This document shows, piece after piece, positions 57,249 to 64,000 of a stretch of 64,000 nucleotides of DNA. The notes beneath the pieces are model-generated. The model was given only the letters and a program-made list of their open reading frames with translations. It was not told the DNA's origin and made no database searches. This stretch comes from Escherichia phage DT571/2, in sequence record NC_047749.1. One strand, given 5' to 3'. The translations under genes and the position numbers were made by a program. Position 1 is the first letter of the stretch. Every line of letters starts with the position of its first letter.

Positions 57249-58016
57249 TTAGGTCCCTTGATTAACCTTAATTTTGTATCTGGAGTGAATTAAGTCTCTT
57301 GCAGCTTTAGCTATCGCCTCTCCAATTAGTCTTTGAGGGTTTCTAGCACCTGGGTAGGGTCGTAATGACAATCTTCGATATGTAGATACAGCAGGATTAA
57401 ATACTGAATATGGACGTACCATATAATTATATGTAACATTTAATTCAGGAGCACCTTTGCTAGTTCCAGCATCTCTAAGCATAACATCTTTAACTTTTAG
57501 AGAATTTGCAAAACGACCTGTTCTAAATTTAAGTGGAGCTCCTGCTTTTTTCATATCCTTTATTAAGTATTCTTTGGCAACCAACTCCAGAATAACCTTC
57601 ATATTACTATTTGATACAAAACGACCAGAAGCCCCTGATACTGCACCTGAGTATCCATCCTCAACATCACTAGGATCACCAAAGTTTACCTGCACTCTAC
57701 CAGTAGAGCGTTTTTTACCTACAGAAGATTTCTTGCCTGCGGTTGATTGAATAAGGCTTTCTAAAGCCCCTAGATCTCCTGTCAGGTCTAAGCTAGAAGA
57801 AACTGCTTTTAGAATAGAGGCTGTCCTAACACTAAGGAGATCCTGTGATACCGGTTTTGAGAATTTAAAAGATACTTGAGCAACAGTACCATCTCTAGTA
57901 GGATCCTTTAATCCTGTTTCAACAGAATATACAACAGTATTCTTATTGTTCTCGGAACGCCCAACATTATCTAGCTGCTCTTTAATAATTCGTGTAGCTA
58001 AATCAGAAAGAGACAT
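57249..58016 (-). CDS. Tail completion / head-tail joining protein (T5 p143-like)
   Basis: 255 aa; position between head and tail modules. Confidence 0.55.
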   Translation of the reverse strand: MSLSDLATRIIKEQLDNVGRSENNKNTVVYSVETGLKDPTRDGTVAQVSFKFSKPVSQDLLSVRTASILKAVSSSLDLTGDLGALESLIQSTAGKKSSVGKKRSTGRVQVNFGDPSDVEDGYSGAVSGASGRFVSNSNMKVILELVAKEYLIKDMKKAGAPLKFRTGRFANSLKVKDVMLRDAGTSKGAPELNVTYNYMVRPYSVFNPAVSTYRRLSLRPYPGARNPQRLIGEAIAKAARDLIHSRYKIKVNQGT

Positions 58017-58528
58017 TATACTCTCCTGTAAACTTCAATAATAGTACGAATATGCTCTGGAATACCAGACTTAGTATTATTAAAAGTAACTGTTTCTCCG
58101 CCAATTGTTTTAGCTTGACGGTAATCCTGTTTATGCCAGTGATCTACTAACATACATGCTGCAAGTTTGAGATCTTCAGGAATTGGGTTAAATCCACCTT
58201 GTGTGTACTCTACATCCATATAACCTTCTGGGGGACTAAATTTAAGAAGTATAACCCCATCAGAGTATAACTTATACTGTTCGGGATCTATCTCCTTATC
58301 ATTAATAGTCATTTTAGTTACTGAAGTAGCTGAGGGAGAACTTAAAAAGTATTTTTTACGAGTAGGTTTTGTATTGATTAACTGGTCTACCGCATCAGCA
58401 TCATCCATACCTAAAAGGCTAGTAATCAGCGCATTGGCAGCAGTAATCATCATCTCTACTCCAGATTCTAGTTCAGGTCGTTTTAAACCACCGTATAATC
58501 TATAGTCTTCAGCTGTGATGATTTGCAT
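58016..58528 (-). CDS. Head completion/adaptor protein (T5 p144-like)
   Basis: 170 aa; immediately downstream of major capsid gene. Confidence 0.55.
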   Translation of the reverse strand: MQIITAEDYRLYGGLKRPELESGVEMMITAANALITSLLGMDDADAVDQLINTKPTRKKYFLSSPSATSVTKMTINDKEIDPEQYKLYSDGVILLKFSPPEGYMDVEYTQGGFNPIPEDLKLAACMLVDHWHKQDYRQAKTIGGETVTFNNTKSGIPEHIRTIIEVYRRV

Positions 58529-58591
58529 TTATTTTTCCTAATAATAAAAAAAGGAGAGCCGAAGCTCTCCTTATCGGCTGAAAAGCCTGTA

Positions 58592-59968
58592 TTAAGATGC
58601 AGCGTAAGCACCGGATACAACGCCGTTCTCGAAGTAACGTTGCAGGTTAACACGCTGAGTAACGTAGTATGCGTCACGCTGTTTGCCAGCTTGGCGCTCA
58701 CGTTCAACAGTAACAGCACGCTGACGTGGCATCACGAAGTTATCTTTATAAACAATAACTGCGAACTCTTTACCAGCTGCTTTAGCTGGGAAGTACTCAG
58801 AAACTACAACCGGCAGACCATAAATACGACCAACCTGACCCTGCAGTTTAACAGCATCATTACCAACCTGAGCAACATCCTGCCATTCTTCATCTTCCAG
58901 CAGATCGTAGTAAGCATCCATAGATACAATCAGTACCAGTTTGGACAGTTTCAGACCATGACGGCCCAGCTTACGACGCAGTTTAGAGATAGTTTTAGCA
59001 GTTACCAGAACAGAACCATCAGCTTTAGCTTCGGTAGTAACTTTAGCACTATCTTCACTAGCAAGAGTCAGCAGACCTTTCGGCTTACCAGAACCATCAC
59101 CAGTCATGAAGGCTTCTTCAATAGAAACAGCGTGTGCTTCAATTAGACGCTTACGAAGCAGTGGCAGCAGGGAGAAGATTGCATCTTCTTCAGTTTCATC
59201 AGTAATGAAGGATTTAGCAGCCAGTTTGTAAGTACTGAAGTGGATTTCTGTAAGAGCGCCTGTAACTTCGCTACCAGTAGTATTGTCACTACCATAAGCA
59301 GAAGCAGCAACCCAAGTAGCTCTACCAGCATCCGGTTCAACCAACATAGTAAGAATCTTACTGGACATCGGCAGTTCTTCGAACAGTGCGCCAACTACTA
59401 GCTCTTTCTGCAGGTCACGGATAATACGCTGAGAGAAAATAGTTTCATAGCTTTCACTAGAAACTTCTACAGAAGAGGACTGATTCACTGCTTTCAGGTG
59501 TTTTTGACCGTGTTCGGTTTCGAATACGCCTTTTTCCATTACATAGGACAACAGAACCAGTTTTTCTACTTCGTCTTCAAAGGTTTCCTGAGTACCGTAC
59601 AGTGCTTTAGCAACACTATCACCAACGAAGGAACGACCTTCACGAGCTGTTAGCAGAGACTTAATTTCGTCCTGAAGACCAACAATAGTTTCCTGTTGTT
59701 TTTCTACAGTTTGTGCAAACAGTTCTGCACTCTTCTTAGATTTCTCATCCAGAGACTTAACCAGTTCCAGAGCTTGTTCCAGTTTCTGACGATCTTCGCC
59801 AACTGCTTTAGAAACCAGGGCATTCATACGAGCCAGTTCTTTTTCTTCCTGCTCTTTACGCATACGTTCAGCTTCCTGAGCTTTCTGAGCAGCGGTCAGA
59901 CCTTCCAGAGATTTAGCCAGATCACCCAGACCAAGTTCTTCTTTCAGCTTATTAATATCAATAGTCAT
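58592..59968 (-). CDS. Major capsid protein precursor (T5 pb8-like; HK97 fold with N-terminal scaffolding delta domain)
   Basis: 458 aa as T5 pb8; N-terminal ~150-aa coiled-coil scaffold region; highly biased codon usage. Confidence 0.9.
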   Translation of the reverse strand: MTIDINKLKEELGLGDLAKSLEGLTAAQKAQEAERMRKEQEEKELARMNALVSKAVGEDRQKLEQALELVKSLDEKSKKSAELFAQTVEKQQETIVGLQDEIKSLLTAREGRSFVGDSVAKALYGTQETFEDEVEKLVLLSYVMEKGVFETEHGQKHLKAVNQSSSVEVSSESYETIFSQRIIRDLQKELVVGALFEELPMSSKILTMLVEPDAGRATWVAASAYGSDNTTGSEVTGALTEIHFSTYKLAAKSFITDETEEDAIFSLLPLLRKRLIEAHAVSIEEAFMTGDGSGKPKGLLTLASEDSAKVTTEAKADGSVLVTAKTISKLRRKLGRHGLKLSKLVLIVSMDAYYDLLEDEEWQDVAQVGNDAVKLQGQVGRIYGLPVVVSEYFPAKAAGKEFAVIVYKDNFVMPRQRAVTVERERQAGKQRDAYYVTQRVNLQRYFENGVVSGAYAAS

Positions 59969-59985
59969 TTTTAAATAATTCTCCG

Positions 59986-60618
59986 TTATTCTTTAACGTA
60001 GCCTAAAGCTATCGCAAGTTTTTCTAGTTCAGAAAGATTACGTTCTTGAGCTGGGACAGCTTTAGAACTTATTGCAGTAAAAGATTTACGCCATTCAGTA
60101 TAATCATGACCATTCATGCTCTTAGCGAGATTGAATGTTGAGTCCTGATTACAAGGTACAGAAACTACCGAAACTTCGTATAGTTCTAAATCTTTAATAA
60201 TAAATATATCAGTAGCTTCATCCCACTCTGCATCTAGGCAGCGGAATCCGATACTAAAAGTTTTCAGTACACCGTTTTTAATTAGTGAAAAGATAGCTGG
60301 GTCAGAACTTTCATAGATCTCACATTCAATTTCGAGACCCATTTCAGTAGGGTTAAGATCAATACACTTACCGATTGGACGACGATGATCGTGTCCGAAA
60401 AGAATAATCGGGTTTTTCATGTAGTTAGTAAGTGCATTAGACGTTTTCCATGCAGAAGCAGGAATTACATCGCCAGCGCGATCTTTACTAATTGTATTAG
60501 CGAATCCACGGATTTTTACAACGCCCTCTTTGGATTCGCTATCAATAGATTTAATATAAGCATCTAAATGAACGGGTGCTGATTTTAACTTGTTATAGTC
60601 AATAGCAGCTTGTGTCAT
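59986..60618 (-). CDS. Prohead maturation protease (T5 pb11-like, HK97 family)
   Basis: 210 aa; sits between portal/decoration and capsid genes. Confidence 0.85.
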   Translation of the reverse strand: MTQAAIDYNKLKSAPVHLDAYIKSIDSESKEGVVKIRGFANTISKDRAGDVIPASAWKTSNALTNYMKNPIILFGHDHRRPIGKCIDLNPTEMGLEIECEIYESSDPAIFSLIKNGVLKTFSIGFRCLDAEWDEATDIFIIKDLELYEVSVVSVPCNQDSTFNLAKSMNGHDYTEWRKSFTAISSKAVPAQERNLSELEKLAIALGYVKE

Positions 60619-60621
60619 TTA

Positions 60622-61359
60622 TTATTCTCCAGGAACAGTAGGATTAACTGTCACAGCACATGTAGTAGAGTCCTTGCTTACTTGCTTACTATCTGTTACA
60701 GTTACTTTATAAGAGCCGGCATCCTCAGCTGCTGCTGCAGGCTTAGTATAGGTAGCTTCTGAAGCATCCGGAATAGGAGAACCATCTTTAGTCCATGCAT
60801 AAGTATATGGACCAGTACCACCAGTTGCAGTAACAGAAAGTGTTAATGCTGCTCCCTCTTCGACTGACATGCTAGCAGCTAAATCTGTAGAAAGAGTTAA
60901 TGGTGGAATAACCGTAGTCACACACTCAACAGACGTTATACTAGCTTGTTTACTATCAGTAACTACTACTTTATAAGTACCAGCGTCTTCCGCAGCTGCT
61001 GTAGCTTTAGTAAAGTTAGGTCCTGATGCTTCTAGAGGAGAACCATCCTTAGTCCAAGCATACGTATATGGAGCTGTACCGCCACTAACTGTTACGCTTA
61101 GATTAATTGCCGCTCCAGTATCAACTGCCAGAGTGCTATCTAGATCCTTAGTAAAAGCCAGAGGAGGAAATGCTTTATCATAAGCCTCTACAAATTTCTT
61201 CCATACTTTACGGTTAGTATGCGCAGATGAAAGTCCTAGTTCTCTACGCAGAAAAGCATAGCTAGGAACATATTCATGCGCAGCGACCGTAGCAAAGAAG
61301 ATATGAGATTCTGGCAGTTTTTCACCAAAAATGGTCTTTAGACCATTATAATCAATCAT
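60622..61359 (-). CDS. Capsid decoration protein (pb10-like) with two tandem Ig-like domains
   Basis: N-terminal capsid-binding region followed by duplicated VT-x-GGT-x-PYTYAWTKDGSP ... AAAEDAG-x-YKV-x-VTDSKQ modules. Confidence 0.7.
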   Translation of the reverse strand: MIDYNGLKTIFGEKLPESHIFFATVAAHEYVPSYAFLRRELGLSSAHTNRKVWKKFVEAYDKAFPPLAFTKDLDSTLAVDTGAAINLSVTVSGGTAPYTYAWTKDGSPLEASGPNFTKATAAAEDAGTYKVVVTDSKQASITSVECVTTVIPPLTLSTDLAASMSVEEGAALTLSVTATGGTGPYTYAWTKDGSPIPDASEATYTKPAAAAEDAGSYKVTVTDSKQVSKDSTTCAVTVNPTVPGE

Positions 61360-62573
61360 TCTTTATCTCCCTCGGTGGAACCTTGAGGTCTACCACCTTC
61401 TTGACCAGATACACCTGTTGCAGAACCAGCAACGTTAGCAGGAATACGAATCCTATTCATCTGCTCATCATCTAAAGGTTCAAGGTTCAGCTCTAAACGA
61501 GCTTCGTTACCAGTCATAATACCATTATTAACCAATGAGGTTAAATGTTTAGCCTCAGCTTCTTTATCTGGTGTTAATGCAGCTACCTCCTTAGTATTAG
61601 GGGTAATCTTATAACCAAAAAAGAAAGTAAGAGAACTAGTCAGTTTGTTCAGCATAGGAATGATAGTCATATAGTAGAACAATTCGATGTTTGGTCGAAT
61701 ATTCGCATTATTACCACCATCAATCAGTACTTGCGGAACACCAAAGGCTAGACAGATAGATTTATTAAATCCTGCGATGTCTTCCTTAAAGTCTAGATCT
61801 TTAAAAGAGGATATTTGGGAGTACGGTTTAGCTTTCATACCACCATCTAGAATCAGGACAGAAGACTGACCCGTACTAGGATTATAATCGAGTTGTAATT
61901 CTTCTTGTTTACGCTCACGCAATTTCTTGTTCAGGATTTCATCCGTTTCAAGAATAAGACCAATCACGGTTCCGTTATCTAGGAACTTCTCTTTAAAGTT
62001 AAGCATTTTAGAACGCTTCTCAAGAGAGTCAATAACAGTAGCAACACGAGATTGTCCAGAAATTTGAGAATTTGTGCCACACACGTAACTGTTATCCTTT
62101 ATAAAGATAATCTCATCTACGCGATAGTTTATCTGATTATTAAATATAAATTTTTTGATAAACTTATTGGCATCTGCCTCGACCTGCATGAGAGCGGCCG
62201 GGACATGGTAAAGCGATGTGCCATCCCAATAGATGTATGCACAACCCTCAAAAAGTAGGTCAGTGACTACAAGTCTACGGAATGTGCTTATATCCATGAA
62301 TGGATTAGGTCGTACATTTAAGAGAGTGTCTAGAGTCTTTGTTTTGACGCCATTAGCGTACGTAACAATATTATATTTATCTCCGACAGTATAAGAACAC
62401 TCCGCCGCACTATCTATAACCATATTGGCAGTTCGATTGAGAATCTCAATCTTGCTATAGGCTTGTCCAGTGGTAAAAGGCTTACGGTTAGTGCGATGAC
62501 TAACTGGTTCCATGTCTCTTATAATACGTTGACCCGGATTTAGCTTTTCAGTAATCCAGCTTTTAAAACCCAT
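61356..62573 (-). CDS. Portal protein (T5 pb7-like)
   Basis: 405 aa; immediately upstream of protease/decoration genes and downstream of terminase region. Confidence 0.85.
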   Translation of the reverse strand: MGFKSWITEKLNPGQRIIRDMEPVSHRTNRKPFTTGQAYSKIEILNRTANMVIDSAAECSYTVGDKYNIVTYANGVKTKTLDTLLNVRPNPFMDISTFRRLVVTDLLFEGCAYIYWDGTSLYHVPAALMQVEADANKFIKKFIFNNQINYRVDEIIFIKDNSYVCGTNSQISGQSRVATVIDSLEKRSKMLNFKEKFLDNGTVIGLILETDEILNKKLRERKQEELQLDYNPSTGQSSVLILDGGMKAKPYSQISSFKDLDFKEDIAGFNKSICLAFGVPQVLIDGGNNANIRPNIELFYYMTIIPMLNKLTSSLTFFFGYKITPNTKEVAALTPDKEAEAKHLTSLVNNGIMTGNEARLELNLEPLDDEQMNRIRIPANVAGSATGVSGQEGGRPQGSTEGDKE

Positions 62574-63010
62574 TATAAGAACCTTGCGAATCCTGATTTT
62601 GTTTCAGTCTTGACTTGTGTCTTTTCTTGAGGATTCTGTAATTTGTCTTTCTGCTTTTGAACCCATGCTTTCTGTTTATCAGCAGAAAATAATGGAGGTT
62701 CTTTCGTGTAAACCTTATGTAATAGTTGGTGATGGTGCTGGCACAATGTTACCACGTCCCTAACTAACTCATGCTCATATTTCTTGTAGAATGCTTCCCT
62801 ATTTGAAAGGACGATATTCTCATCAGTGAAATCCAGCTGGAGTTCTTTAGCAAATTTTTTTATTAGCTGAGATATAGTATGATAATGGTGAAGTTCTAGG
62901 TCTTCACTACTACCACATATAGCACAGCAACCATCCTTACTATACCTAGATTTTATACCATCCCTCATTATAGAGATGGCATCACGTTTGTACTTAGTAT
63001 TAGTGGCCAT
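62573..63010 (-). CDS. HNH endonuclease associated with terminase/portal
   Basis: CAICGSSEDLELHHYH and LCQHHHQLLH metal-binding/HNH motifs; ATG at 63010 preferred over track TTG 63025. Confidence 0.7.
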   Translation of the reverse strand: MATNTKYKRDAISIMRDGIKSRYSKDGCCAICGSSEDLELHHYHTISQLIKKFAKELQLDFTDENIVLSNREAFYKKYEHELVRDVVTLCQHHHQLLHKVYTKEPPLFSADKQKAWVQKQKDKLQNPQEKTQVKTETKSGFARFL

Positions 63011-63485
63011 AATCCCCCAATCCAAAGCTACTTAGAAAGATTACTATATCCTCTAGGGCAACATTGAGATTCCATCTAATGTGGTATAGCATATATGACC
63101 CTTATTGTGTTATAGATGTAGTTTTTATTATTATAGTTATTTAATAGCACATACTCTATTCTGGGTATTTTGGCTTTAATAGCTACATCTAGTGATATAG
63201 TGTAGAGGTGTAATGTGGTGTTGCTTCCCAAACGTGTGCTCTCTGGCATTTAAATACTGTTTTTGTACGTTGGTTTACATATTCACCGACAATTTGGATT
63301 CCACGATCAGCTAATCTAATATTTATATCTTTTATTGTTAGCTTTTGTCGACCCGTAGAATCTCCTACACCTCATGTAGAGCATTAATTTTTTCTTGTTT
63401 ACGTTCTATTATGGGAGAAGTTCTCCCGATCAATGAATATAGTATACATAATCGTATCGAATTTGTAAAGGGGATTTTAAAATAC

Positions 63486-63520
63486 AGGAATGGGATACCA
63501 ACTGAGTAGTATCCCATCCT
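63486..63520 (-). terminator. Intrinsic terminator after terminase large subunit gene
   Basis: GGGATAC-loop-GTATCCC hairpin followed by T-rich tract. Confidence 0.55.
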
Positions 63521-63528
63521 ATACTTAT

Positions 63529-64000
63529 TTATTTACCACGGGAAATAGAGTAAATTCCATAGCGGAGCGCATCACAAAGGTGAGAGTTAGCATCATGACG
63601 TGGTCTTTCACGTGATAATTTCTCTTCGCCTTCTTGGAAATCCCACTTATAGTTCTGCAATGCATGAATTAAGGAGGAACATGAGGCATCCACAATAATT
63701 TTCCCTTGCTGGAATAACGCTTGCAAACATGCTAGACCATCTAGGACAGATTTTTTAGCCGGAGCCGACGCGATTTCATGCTCATACGCTAAGTCCTGGC
63801 GGAACTGAGCTGCTGCAGAGTCAACAAAAATACGATCAACTTTATAACGATCTATACAGTGCTGAATATAAGCAGCATGCTGAGCTGTAGTTTTCTCCGC
63901 CTGCTGGTACTCTTCTAACACATAGTAAGTATCCGTATCGTAATGATATTTAATAGTAAGAACTGCTGTAGGATCACGATAACCAACGTCAATACCAAGC
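63529..64000 (-). CDS. terL: Terminase large subunit, C-terminal nuclease domain (partial; N-terminus beyond window end)
   Basis: Open reading frame continues to window edge; RNase-H-like nuclease motifs GIDVGY and DANSHLCDALRYG. Confidence 0.8.
   Translation of the reverse strand, partial: LGIDVGYRDPTAVLTIKYHYDTDTYYVLEEYQQAEKTTAQHAAYIQHCIDRYKVDRIFVDSAAAQFRQDLAYEHEIASAPAKKSVLDGLACLQALFQQGKIIVDASCSSLIHALQNYKWDFQEGEEKLSRERPRHDANSHLCDALRYGIYSISRGK

Noticed and set aside
58523-59146. 207-aa plus-strand ORF (also 50231-50704, 55295-55687, 55772-56128)
   Set aside because: Antisense to major capsid, tape measure and tail tube genes respectively; shadow ORFs.
1-64000. Integrated prophage, transposon or CRISPR array
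   Set aside because: No integrase, transposase, inverted terminal repeats, att-like direct repeats or spaced repeat arrays were seen; gene content is that of a virulent T5-like phage.

Overview
This window reads as a contiguous segment of a T5-like (Demerecviridae/Tequintavirus-type) lytic phage genome; no tRNA, rRNA, CRISPR array or transposon was recognised by eye. The basis is gene content and order, with protein sizes matching T5 homologues; nothing was searched against a database. Layout: (i) 1-10975, a minus-strand early block (RNase H, thyA, DHFR, nrdB, HNH endonuclease, nrdA, PhoH, several small unknowns); (ii) a divergent promoter region at 10976-11370; (iii) 11371-38089, a plus-strand early block (nrdD, a Sir2-like operon, a 929-aa ATPase, split NAD-ligase, DnaB-like helicase, primase, T5-type DNA polymerase, SF2 helicase, SbcD/SbcC-like nuclease, flap endonuclease, dUTPase); (iv) a bidirectional terminator near 38091-38127; (v) 38312-64000, a minus-strand late structural block (two L-shaped tail-fibre genes, collar, pb4, pb3, pb9, tape measure, chaperones, tail tube, capsid, protease, decoration protein, portal, HNH, partial large terminase). 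About 20 sigma70-type promoters and about 13 intrinsic terminators are visible. The most unusual content is the seven-gene Sir2-like/HAD-phosphatase/tandem-paralogue operon (13240-16180), a CheY-like receiver-domain protein (103-420), a promoter-driven ~600-nt non-coding leader (16220-16842), and mosaic tail fibres with GC-rich distal domains. Start codons follow the supplied ORF track, adjusted where an internal start has a better ribosome-binding site; hand-derived coordinates of regulatory sites may be off by a few nucleotides.
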